Shown piece after piece: positions 15,444-23,779 of a stretch of 36,857 nt of DNA. Location: the IMG/VR virus record IMGVR_UViG_3300032272_000043, positions 1 to 36,857 of that record. The stretch is one strand, 5' to 3'. The notes beneath the pieces are model-generated. The model saw nothing but the letters and a program-made list of their open reading frames with translations. It did not search any database and had not been told where the DNA came from. Made by a program: the position numbers and the translations under genes. Numbering within the stretch: position 1 is the first letter of the stretch; every line of letters starts with the position of its first letter. The stretch is from a virus (Duplodnaviria; Caudoviricetes).

Positions 15444-15738
15444 GCGGCGACCGCTGCCCGGGATGTTTCATGCGTTTGGGTCTCGGTCGGTTCGGGACTT
15501 GGAGCGCATTGCGGAGACGGTCGACCAATTTATCCGGGAGCATGTGCCAGACGGCCGGAGCAGGTCGGGCGGCGGTGACCAGGCGGGAGCGATGGAAATC
15601 GCGACCTATGCCCAGGAGATGGGGCTGAACCAGACGGGGCTCATGGCCCTGTGGCGACAGTGGAAGCGCGGCGGGGATTTGCAGGATCAATCCAAATGGG
15701 CCAAGGGGCTGAAGCGAATTACAAAGAGGGATGCATGA
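15424..15738 (+). CDS. Hypothetical protein
   Basis: MGKNQYKRR...; operon-direction ORF. Confidence 0.55.
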   Translation: MGKNQYKRRPLPGMFHAFGSRSVRDLERIAETVDQFIREHVPDGRSRSGGGDQAGAMEIATYAQEMGLNQTGLMALWRQWKRGGDLQDQSKWAKGLKRITKRDA

Positions 15739-15947
15739 GCGATATCAAATGCAGCGATTGTGGCGAGAAGATCGATATCAAGTTTGACGCTGGGACGGGG
15801 TCCAGCTTTGCCCTGTGCTGCTCAGTGGCAGCGACGGGGGCGACGGCGTCCGAGGTGCTCGGCAAGTTGCGTTCTCGGGTCGAGCGGGACGAGAAGGCGC
15901 GAAAAGTGGTAGAGTATTGCGACAAGTGCGGACAGAAGGTAATCTGA
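15735..15947 (+). CDS. Small Zn-ribbon-like protein
   Basis: CSDC and CDKC motifs; AGAGGG RBS; ATGA-coupled. Confidence 0.6.
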   Translation: MSDIKCSDCGEKIDIKFDAGTGSSFALCCSVAATGATASEVLGKLRSRVERDEKARKVVEYCDKCGQKVI

Positions 15948-15950
15948 GCC

Positions 15951-17177
15951 ATGGTTGACTCTGGGAAATTGACATCAATGGACGATTTGAAGCCGGCGCC
16001 GTACAACCCGCGCACGATCGATGATGAGTCGGCGGCGGGGCTCGGCTACTCGCTATCTGAGTTCGGCGACCTGTCTGGGCTGACGTGGAACAAGCGCACC
16101 GGGCACATGGTCGCGGGGCACCAGCGCGTTAAAGAGCTCCGCAAGATGGGCGGGCAGATTCTCAAGGGCGCGGTGCAGGTTGCGAATGGCGACAGGTTCG
16201 CGGTTCGCGTTGTGGACTGGCCTGAGTCCAAAGAGAAGGCGGCTAACATCGTGGCCAACTCGCGGCACATTGCGGGCGAGTTTACGCCTGACCTCGCGGG
16301 GCTGATTGCAGAGACGAAGGTCGCGCTGCCGCCTGATGACTTTGCGGGGTTGCGGTTGGACAATCTGTTGGCGGACTCGCCGAAGCTGCCGGTTGAGATT
16401 GAAGAGGATGAGGTCCCTGAGCCGCCGAAGACGCCCGCGACTAAGCTGGGGGATGTTTGGACGCTGGGAGACCACCGACTGGTGTGCGGGGACAGTTCCG
16501 ACGAGAAGGCCTATGGCAGGGCCGTGTCCGGCGAAACGCCTGAGTTGATGGTTACGGATCCGCCCTACGGGGTGAATTACGACCCAAACTGGCGCAACGA
16601 TGCCGCGGATAAGGGATTGATAGCCCACGCGGCGTGCCGCGTGGGCGTGGTTGAGAACGACGACAAGGCCGACTGGTGGGACGCCACGGCAAACTTCAAG
16701 GGCGGAGTTGCCTACGTTTGGCATGCAGGCATTATGGCCGGGGAGGTTCTCCGGGTGCTCGCCGGCTGCGGTTTTGATGTCCGGAGTCAAATCATATGGG
16801 CCAAGGGGAGATTTGCCATCTCTAGGGGCCACTATCATTGGCAGCACGAGCCTTGCTGGTACGCGGTCCGGAAAGGGTCGACGGCGCGATGGGCCGGCGA
16901 CCGGTCGCAGACGACCCTCTGGGAGATCTCCAACGTCCTGAGTGACGCCGAGGGCAAGACGAGCCACGGGACGCAGAAACCACTAGAGTGCATGGCCCGC
17001 CCGATCCGGAATCACGATGGCGACGTTTACGATCCTTTCCTCGGCAGCGGCACTACCCTAATCGCCGCCGAGCAGCTAGGCCGCAAATGCTACGGCGTGG
17101 AAATCTCGCCCGCCTATTGCGACGTCATCGTCGAGCGCTGGGAGAATCTCACAGGCGGCAAGGCAACGCGCAAATGA
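15951..17177 (+). CDS. ParB-like N-terminal domain fused to an N6/N4 DNA methyltransferase
   Basis: LKPAPYNPR...VAGHQR; GDVWTLGDHRLVCGDS, TDPPYGV, HGTQKP, YDPFLGSGTT. Typical position upstream of terminase. Confidence 0.92.
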   Translation: MVDSGKLTSMDDLKPAPYNPRTIDDESAAGLGYSLSEFGDLSGLTWNKRTGHMVAGHQRVKELRKMGGQILKGAVQVANGDRFAVRVVDWPESKEKAANIVANSRHIAGEFTPDLAGLIAETKVALPPDDFAGLRLDNLLADSPKLPVEIEEDEVPEPPKTPATKLGDVWTLGDHRLVCGDSSDEKAYGRAVSGETPELMVTDPPYGVNYDPNWRNDAADKGLIAHAACRVGVVENDDKADWWDATANFKGGVAYVWHAGIMAGEVLRVLAGCGFDVRSQIIWAKGRFAISRGHYHWQHEPCWYAVRKGSTARWAGDRSQTTLWEISNVLSDAEGKTSHGTQKPLECMARPIRNHDGDVYDPFLGSGTTLIAAEQLGRKCYGVEISPAYCDVIVERWENLTGGKATRK

Positions 17178-17587
17178 AGGGGGCCAAGAAACAAAGCAAG
17201 GCAATCTGTGTCTCGGCCGAGCGCCGCATCCAATGCCTTGAACTTCGCAAGGCCGGCGCAACATACACCGCAATCGGGAAACACCTCGGCATCTCCAGAC
17301 AGGCGGCATTCAAGCACGTAACCAATGCGCTCGCAGAATTGAGAGCCGAGGCCACAGACCAGACCGAAGACCTGATACGGCTGGAGGTTGAACGCCTCGA
17401 CCAACTTCTGGTGGGACTGTGGGACAGGGCAAGGGTTGGCGGGCTAGAGGCCGTTGACCGCGTGCTCAAGATTCAGGCGCGGCGGTCGCTGCTACTCGGA
17501 CTGGACGCGCCGAAGCGCATGGAGGTCAAGGCCGACATCATGACCCACGAGGAAGCCGTCGCGGCGCTATCAAAAGCGGAGGACTAG
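17174..17587 (+). CDS. Terminase small subunit (HTH)
   Basis: LELRKAGATYTAIGKHLGIS, LEVERLDQL, R..LLGLDAP; directly upstream of the large subunit. Confidence 0.75.
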   Translation: MKGAKKQSKAICVSAERRIQCLELRKAGATYTAIGKHLGISRQAAFKHVTNALAELRAEATDQTEDLIRLEVERLDQLLVGLWDRARVGGLEAVDRVLKIQARRSLLLGLDAPKRMEVKADIMTHEEAVAALSKAED

Positions 17588-17594
17588 GGTGGGG

Positions 17595-19061
17595 ATGTCC
17601 GCGGCAGAGCGCGCAATGCGGATAGACTGCCGCGAAGACTTCGAGCACTACGCACGGGTGGCCCTGCGCATACGAACAAAGAAGGGCGCCATCGAAGAGT
17701 TAGACCTTAACTCAGCCCAGCGATTCATCCACGAGCGGCTACAGGGCCAGCTGGCGTCAACCGGCAGAGTTCGAGCGCTCGTACTCAAGGGCAGGCAGCA
17801 GGGTTGCTCAACATATGTCGAGGCCAGGTTCTATCACCGCACCACGCACGCGCCGGGCACGCGGGCCTACATACTGACCCACCACGCCGATGCTACCTCG
17901 AATCTGTTTGGGATGGCTGAGCGGTATCACGAGCACTGCCCACCGCTGCTCAAGCCGAGCACGGGCGCAGCTAATGCAAAAGAGCTTTACTTCGATGCGA
18001 TGGATTCCGGGTACAAAGTGGGCACGGCAGGCACCAAGGCGGTCGGCAGGTCAGACACTATCCAGCTTTTCCACGGGAGCGAGGTTGCCTACTGGCCCAA
18101 CGCTGACGACCACCTCGCGGGCATCATGCAGGCGGTCCCCGACGAAGACGGAACTGAGATAATCCTAGAGAGCACGAGCAACGGCAGCCGCGGTGTCTTC
18201 TATCAGAAATGCATGGACGCCAAAGCGGGCAAGTCGGACTATGAGCTGATCTTCGTCCCCTGGTTCTGGCAGACGGAATACAGAAGCGAGCCGCGGCCAG
18301 ACTTCAAGCGCTCGGGCGATGAGGAATCGCTAGCCGAGATGTACGGGCTCGATGATGAGCAGATAGCCTGGCGACGGAAGAAGATTGTCGAGCTTCAGAG
18401 CGTCTATAAGTTCAGGCGCGAGTATCCCAACAGCCCAGACGAGGCATTCACTCAGGAGATGCCCGGCGCTCTGTGGACACGAGCAGGAGTCGACGCAACC
18501 CGCGTTGAGACCTATCCGCCCCTCGCCCGCGAAGTGGTCGCAGTCGACCCACCGGCCAAGGGTCAGACCGAGTGCGGCATAGTCTCGGCAGGGATAACCC
18601 CGACACGCGACGTGTACGGAACGCAAGACCGGAGCACGGCCGGCACTCCCGAGATCTGGGGTGCTGCCGTGGTCAATCTGTTCATCGAGCGCAACGCGGA
18701 CCTGATAGTGTATGAGAGCAACCAAGGCGGCGATATGGTCAAGTCGGTCATCACCACAGCATGGCGGAAAATCAAGGGCGACCAGTCCGAGCCGCCCATT
18801 CGCGGCGTGCACGCATCGAAGAACAAGCAGGCCCGCGCCGAGCCCATCAGCATCCTGTGGACCGAGTCAGGCGGATTCCGTGGCCACATCGTGGGGCGGC
18901 TTGTGCGGCTTGAGGATGAGCTTTGCGGGTGGGAGCCGCTGAGCGGTATGGAGTCCCCGAATCGTCTTGACGCGTTCGTGTGGGCCATGACAGAACTGAC
19001 ACAGAGCACAACAGCACAGGCGGCCCCGGTCGACTTGGGCGAGGGGTCTAGATGGACGTAG
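17595..19061 (+). CDS. terL: Terminase large subunit
   Basis: LNSAQ, LKGRQQGCST (Walker A), HGSEVAYW (Walker B), ESTSNG, AVDPP, YESNQGG, SPNRLDAFVWA. Confidence 0.95.
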   Translation: MSAAERAMRIDCREDFEHYARVALRIRTKKGAIEELDLNSAQRFIHERLQGQLASTGRVRALVLKGRQQGCSTYVEARFYHRTTHAPGTRAYILTHHADATSNLFGMAERYHEHCPPLLKPSTGAANAKELYFDAMDSGYKVGTAGTKAVGRSDTIQLFHGSEVAYWPNADDHLAGIMQAVPDEDGTEIILESTSNGSRGVFYQKCMDAKAGKSDYELIFVPWFWQTEYRSEPRPDFKRSGDEESLAEMYGLDDEQIAWRRKKIVELQSVYKFRREYPNSPDEAFTQEMPGALWTRAGVDATRVETYPPLAREVVAVDPPAKGQTECGIVSAGITPTRDVYGTQDRSTAGTPEIWGAAVVNLFIERNADLIVYESNQGGDMVKSVITTAWRKIKGDQSEPPIRGVHASKNKQARAEPISILWTESGGFRGHIVGRLVRLEDELCGWEPLSGMESPNRLDAFVWAMTELTQSTTAQAAPVDLGEGSRWT

Positions 19062-19537
19062 AAGCGGGCAAAGAAGAGACCACTATGGGGCGGAGCGTAA
19101 CGGGCCTGATAGCGGCACCACCAGAGCCGCCGGCCGGCGCGGTAATGAGCGCCAGCCTTGCGTCGCGGTGTCTTGAGGTTTTGGAGTACACGCACAAGAT
19201 AGCGCTTGAGTACGGCCTTGACGATGTGCGCCACGTGACCCTTGAAGACCTCCGCGCGTATGTCCTAAGGGGCGAGAATCCGGGAGACGCCAAGTGGCGC
19301 AACAAAGCCGCCGCCGCAACATCCGCGCTGTTGGCAATCGACCACGCCGGCCGAGACGCGCGGGGTATGCTCAAGTGCAAATGCCGGATGTACGTCAACA
19401 TGCAGTGCGCGTCGTGTACGGCACGGATGGCGCTTGACCGCGTGCACCGGGAGGACGGCGCGGAGCTGCAAAAGGCGGTCGGGGAGTTTCACGCGGAGAT
19501 TGAGGCACGGGCAAAGGCGGCGCCGGTCATTGTGTGA
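19052..19537 (+). CDS. Hypothetical protein with a CxC...CxxC motif
   Basis: GAGGGG upstream; KCKC...QCASC. Confidence 0.55.
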   Translation: MDVEAGKEETTMGRSVTGLIAAPPEPPAGAVMSASLASRCLEVLEYTHKIALEYGLDDVRHVTLEDLRAYVLRGENPGDAKWRNKAAAATSALLAIDHAGRDARGMLKCKCRMYVNMQCASCTARMALDRVHREDGAELQKAVGEFHAEIEARAKAAPVIV

Positions 19538-20462
19538 CGTTGTCCAAATCTCCAAGGCCAACAAGGGCCGCACGCTAGGCCAGACCGCCAATCGTGTGGA
19601 GACCCGCTCGCGCGCAATGGCCAGAGCGCTGCGGGATTGGATGCGGCGCTATGGCAAGGCCATCGCGGATGAGGAGATTGCGCGACAACTCAAGGGCAAG
19701 GTCAGCAAGGCGGCGGGCGACCAGGCAGACCTAGAGCGGCAACTCGCGCAGATACTCCGAGCATTTGGGCTCCGGCAGATGTCCGGCAAGTTCGAGGGCG
19801 GCGTACCCCCGAGCGTGCTCGACGAGTTCTTAGCCACCAAGGACGTTCGGCTACAGGCCATCACCGCGGACACGAGGACCGAGATACGCGGTGCGGTGCG
19901 CGGGATTATCCGGCGGTCAATGCTTGAGGTGCCACAGCCCAGCGTGGGCGAGATAGCCAGGCGCATCCGGTCTACGTTCATCGCAACGCCGGGGACGTCG
20001 GCACGGCTCGGAAAGAAACCGTGGGAGGACCTGTCTGCCGATGCGACCGAAGACGGGCTAGTGTTGCCCACCACGCGAGTCGCCAACGAGTCGGGTGAAA
20101 TCTACGCCATGAGTTCAGAACGGGCCGCGCTCATTGCCCGCACCGAGCTGGCCCAGGCCGAAAACACCGCAATCATCGAGGGGCTGCGCGCTGCCGGGTT
20201 TACACACAAGACATGGTTAGCGTACACTGGCGCGGTGTACCCGAGCGGGTCCATGCGCGGCCCCGGCGACAGGCGCCACGACAAGATGAACGAAAAAACA
20301 ATCCCCATCGACGAGCCGTTTGTGCTACCCGATGGGACACTGATGCAACACCCAGGCGACCCTAGCGCGCCAATCAAGCAGTTGGCTAATTGCAGATGTA
20401 CTATCGCGGGCGCAGGATCTAAGGCCGATGCCAAACGACAGGCAGCCGCCGCAAAGGGATAA
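19530..20462 (+). CDS. Head morphogenesis protein (Mu gpF / SPP1 gp7-like)
   Basis: RAALIARTE, KTWLA, RRH, PIDEPF, HPGDP, ANCRC. Start codon uncertain (TTG 19530 assumed). Confidence 0.85.
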   Translation: MCDVVQISKANKGRTLGQTANRVETRSRAMARALRDWMRRYGKAIADEEIARQLKGKVSKAAGDQADLERQLAQILRAFGLRQMSGKFEGGVPPSVLDEFLATKDVRLQAITADTRTEIRGAVRGIIRRSMLEVPQPSVGEIARRIRSTFIATPGTSARLGKKPWEDLSADATEDGLVLPTTRVANESGEIYAMSSERAALIARTELAQAENTAIIEGLRAAGFTHKTWLAYTGAVYPSGSMRGPGDRRHDKMNEKTIPIDEPFVLPDGTLMQHPGDPSAPIKQLANCRCTIAGAGSKADAKRQAAAAKG

Positions 20463-20465
20463 GCG

Positions 20466-22064
20466 ATGACGACCGAGAAACAAGAAGCCCCCCTATTGGC
20501 CGAAGTCGGCGAGAGCGGTCTACGCAGATTCGGCGGCTACGTTGACGAGGAATGGCAAACGGACCTAAGTGGCCGCAAGGCCGTGGCGATGTGGCGGGAG
20601 ATGGGCGACAATCACCCGGGCGTGTCAGCGGTGTTCTACATCACCAAGATGATATCGCGACAGGTCGAATATCGCGTTGACGAGAAGGACGAAGCGGAGC
20701 GCGAGGCCGGCACCGAAGGTGACCCGATGTACGAGGTCGCGCGCCAGAAGATCGACGAGGCGTTTCAGGATGTGGAGGGCGGGATTAGGGGTGCGGTTGG
20801 CGATGCGCTCACCATGGGGCAGTACGGCTACGCCCTGGCCGAGAAGGTGTTTAAGCTCCGGCGCGGCGACCACGAAGACAAGCGCTTCCGGTCCAAGTTC
20901 AATGATGGAGAGTGGGGCTGGCGCGCATTCAAGACACGGGCGCAAGAGTCGATCCTGCGGTGGGAGTTCGCCGACGACGGCTCGGTGCTAGCAGCATGGC
21001 AGCAACCACCGACAGGCGGGACCAAGATTATTCCCATGTCCAAGCTGCTGCACTTCAGGCTGTTCACGGACAAGGGCAACCCCGAGGGCAGGAGCCTGCT
21101 GCGCGGGGCATACACGAGCTACCACTATCAGAAGAATATGCAGTTCGTGGAGGCTGTCGGCGTTGAGCGCAACGTCGCAGGCATCCCCGACATGCAACTG
21201 CCTCCGGAAATCATGCACCCGAACGCAAGCCCGGAGCAGAAGGCGATACGCGCTCAATACGTCAAGATGGTCAAGAATTTGCGCGTGGACCAGCAGGCCG
21301 GGATCGTGCGACCGTCCGAGAAGATTGGAGATGTTGAGACAGGCTATGTCCTGAAGCTGATGTCCAGCTCAGGCAAGTCCTTCGCCGACACGGACTTGAT
21401 TATCAAGCGATACCGAGGCGAGGTGCTAATCAGCCTAGTGGCTGAGCACGTAGTGGTTGGCATGGACTCGGTCGGCTCCCACTCGCTGCACTCCGACAAA
21501 ACCGACATGTTTGCGCTGGGCGTCGCAGGCCAGATAGACGCGGCGCTTGACGTGCTGAATGAGGACGCAATCCCAGAACTGCTAGAGTTGAACGGCATCC
21601 CGGCAAAGTACGCGCCGCACGTTGCCCGCGGCGACCTTGAGGGCATCGACCTGGGCCCATACGGCACGTTCGTCTCGCAACTCGTGTCTGCGGGCGTCAT
21701 CGTCCCAGACGAGAAGCTCGAAGACCACGTGCGCAAGATGGGCCACATGCCGCCATCGGACCGCGACGACCTGACGCCGCGCCCTGTGGTGCAGGCATCG
21801 CTTGGGCAGATGGAGCCGCAGCCAATGGGGCAGATGCCGCTGCCGTTGCCGGGCGATGGGCCGGAGGTCGAGAAGGAAGAGCCGGAAGCGCCCTTGTCTG
21901 AGTTTATGGACGTCGACCAGGCGGCGGAGCTGCTCAACATCTCGCGAGCCTCCATCATGCGCGCGATAAACAACGGCAAGTTGCCAGTCGGAAACAAGGT
22001 AGGCAGCCGCCACAGGATCCACCGTGGGGCTCTTATGAACTTTATGAGAGGCGGGCAGGCATGA
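20466..22064 (+). CDS. Portal protein (DUF935 / Mu gp29-like) with C-terminal excisionase-type HTH
   Basis: EVGESGL..FGG.V.EE, YGYALAEKVFK, GNPEGRSLLRGAY, EAVGVER..AGIP, LEDHVRK; then MDVDQAAELLNISRASIMRAINNGKLP. Confidence 0.9.
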   Translation: MTTEKQEAPLLAEVGESGLRRFGGYVDEEWQTDLSGRKAVAMWREMGDNHPGVSAVFYITKMISRQVEYRVDEKDEAEREAGTEGDPMYEVARQKIDEAFQDVEGGIRGAVGDALTMGQYGYALAEKVFKLRRGDHEDKRFRSKFNDGEWGWRAFKTRAQESILRWEFADDGSVLAAWQQPPTGGTKIIPMSKLLHFRLFTDKGNPEGRSLLRGAYTSYHYQKNMQFVEAVGVERNVAGIPDMQLPPEIMHPNASPEQKAIRAQYVKMVKNLRVDQQAGIVRPSEKIGDVETGYVLKLMSSSGKSFADTDLIIKRYRGEVLISLVAEHVVVGMDSVGSHSLHSDKTDMFALGVAGQIDAALDVLNEDAIPELLELNGIPAKYAPHVARGDLEGIDLGPYGTFVSQLVSAGVIVPDEKLEDHVRKMGHMPPSDRDDLTPRPVVQASLGQMEPQPMGQMPLPLPGDGPEVEKEEPEAPLSEFMDVDQAAELLNISRASIMRAINNGKLPVGNKVGSRHRIHRGALMNFMRGGQA

Positions 22065-22315
22065 GCGGCACAAGTTGGAGCACCGAGCCAGCGGACCCTG
22101 TCGCTGATATGCTCTCGGCGATAAAGACAATCAAGAAAGAGGGCGCCCGCCATCCCGGCCAGCCGCCGGTCTACATAACCATAGCGCAGCACCGCGTTGC
22201 GTCTGAGCCGTGCCCGTGCGGGAAGCCGTACACCATGGCAGCGCTGCCAATTTGCGAGACGCGCAGACACGCAATCATGCCAAGCGGGTCTGTTGTGCAA
22301 TTGGGGCCGATATGA
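22061..22315 (+). CDS. Small hypothetical protein
   Basis: ATGA-coupled; DPVADM and PCPCG motifs. Confidence 0.5.
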   Translation: MSGTSWSTEPADPVADMLSAIKTIKKEGARHPGQPPVYITIAQHRVASEPCPCGKPYTMAALPICETRRHAIMPSGSVVQLGPI

Positions 22316-22515
22316 TGCCCCGCCGCCCTGGTGAAATCACACCGCGCAGGGCCGCCCAGATATTGGGCGTGCATAGGAATACAATCTACTCCTGGTGCGA
22401 CGCTGCGCTAAATGGGGAGCCGTGCATACTCCCCCGCGACTCTGTCCGCCGCACGGTCACCAAGCGGCTCTGGCTCGTTCGTGAGGTCATTGTGAGTCTT
22501 TCCGAGACTGCCTGA
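22312..22515 (+). CDS. Small excisionase/MerR-type HTH protein
   Basis: ITPRRAAQILGVHRNTIYSW; ATG 22312 overlaps the upstream stop. Confidence 0.75.
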   Translation: MMPRRPGEITPRRAAQILGVHRNTIYSWCDAALNGEPCILPRDSVRRTVTKRLWLVREVIVSLSETA

Positions 22516-22548
22516 CGCTATTCGTCACAAGCGTCACAACCGTACATA
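22513..22548. promoter_or_regulatory. 9-bp-period direct repeats upstream of the head operon
   Basis: CGTCACAA at 22523 and 22532, degenerate CGTACATA at 22541; overlapping inverted repeat TGACG-N5-CGTCA at 22513..22527. Confidence 0.45.
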
Positions 22549-22581
22549 GACCAGACCGCCAGGGTTTGCGAAGTATGACCT

Positions 22582-23010
22582 GTGAGCAACACACAGGGCA
22601 CTGCGCAGGTCTACGACTTCCGTATCCCAATCACAAAACGGGACGACGCCAAGCGACTCATCTACGGGTGGGCCGCCGTCGTCACCAAGGCAGACGGCAC
22701 CCCCGTTGTTGACCTTCAGGGTGATGTCACACCGATCGACGAGATCGAGAAGGCCGCTCACAAGGCCCTGGCGTTCGGTGGCCGCGGCAAAACCGGCGTT
22801 CAGCATGAACACACAGGCGTCGGCGACATCGTTGAGTCCTGCATCATCAACAAGGCGTTCCGCGAAGCACACGGCATGCCCGCTGGCCCTGAGGGCTGGT
22901 GGGTCGGCATGAAGATCCACGACGAGTCGGTGTGGAAGCGCATCGAGTCCGGCGAGCTGTCGGAGCTGAGTTTCAAGGGCACCGCCCGAAGAACGGCAAT
23001 GGCGGCATGA
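22582..23010 (+). CDS. XkdF-like prohead serine protease (N-terminal part)
   Basis: RLIYGWA, VVDLQGD, EIEKAAH, QHE, WWVGMKIHDESVWKRIESGELSELSFKG. Confidence 0.85.
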   Translation: MSNTQGTAQVYDFRIPITKRDDAKRLIYGWAAVVTKADGTPVVDLQGDVTPIDEIEKAAHKALAFGGRGKTGVQHEHTGVGDIVESCIINKAFREAHGMPAGPEGWWVGMKIHDESVWKRIESGELSELSFKGTARRTAMAA

Positions 23011-23756
23011 CCAACCTGCTCACAGATATCGACGTTGTTGAAATCAGCGTAGTTGACAAGGGCGCAAGCGGTGACGACGAAGACCGCCCGCGTATCGTAA
23101 TCGCCAAACGGCACAAAGTGGAGAAAATGATGACACTTGACGAGGCAATGGCGGGACTCGCCCCCGAAAAACAGCAGGCAATCCTGATGGCAGTCCAGGA
23201 GGCCGCGAAACCCGCAGCGCCGGCAGCGCCGGCAATGCCTGAGAAAATGGAGCCAGAGATGCCGAATCCCGAAGCACCAGAAGCCCCGAAGCCCGAAGAC
23301 GAGGTGGCCAAGGCCGTCGCGAAGATGAGCGACTCCGAGCGCGAGACTGTTGCCAAGGCCCTTGAGGAGCGCGTTGAGCTCTCCAAGCGCGTGCAGGCGC
23401 TCGAAGACGAGAAGGAAACCGCGAAATTCGTCGACATCGCCAAGAGCATGGACGCTCTGCCCGGCATGACCACGGACCAGCGAGCGCTAGTGCTCAAGGC
23501 CGCAAGCAAGAGCCTTGACGCGAAGACCTACGAAGCCATCGAGAAATCGATGCGCGATGCCGCCGTCGCAATCTCCAAGGGCGCCCTGCTTACCGAGTTC
23601 GGCGCAGAGGGCGGAGACGCAGACGCCGACGCCCAGCTCACCGCCATCGCCAAGAAGCTGCGCGAAGAAGACAGCACCTTGACCGCATCTACCGCCCGCA
23701 TGAAGGCGATGGAGCAGCGACCGGAACTCTACAACGCAGCAAAAAAGGCCGGCTGA
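23007..23756 (+). CDS. Capsid scaffolding protein with an N-terminal protease-like strand
   Basis: MTNLLTDIDVVEISVVDKGA, Pro/Glu linker and coiled coil; precedes the decoration and capsid genes. Confidence 0.75.
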   Translation: MTNLLTDIDVVEISVVDKGASGDDEDRPRIVIAKRHKVEKMMTLDEAMAGLAPEKQQAILMAVQEAAKPAAPAAPAMPEKMEPEMPNPEAPEAPKPEDEVAKAVAKMSDSERETVAKALEERVELSKRVQALEDEKETAKFVDIAKSMDALPGMTTDQRALVLKAASKSLDAKTYEAIEKSMRDAAVAISKGALLTEFGAEGGDADADAQLTAIAKKLREEDSTLTASTARMKAMEQRPELYNAAKKAG

Positions 23757-23779
23757 GTCCGGAACCTAGGAGATAAATC

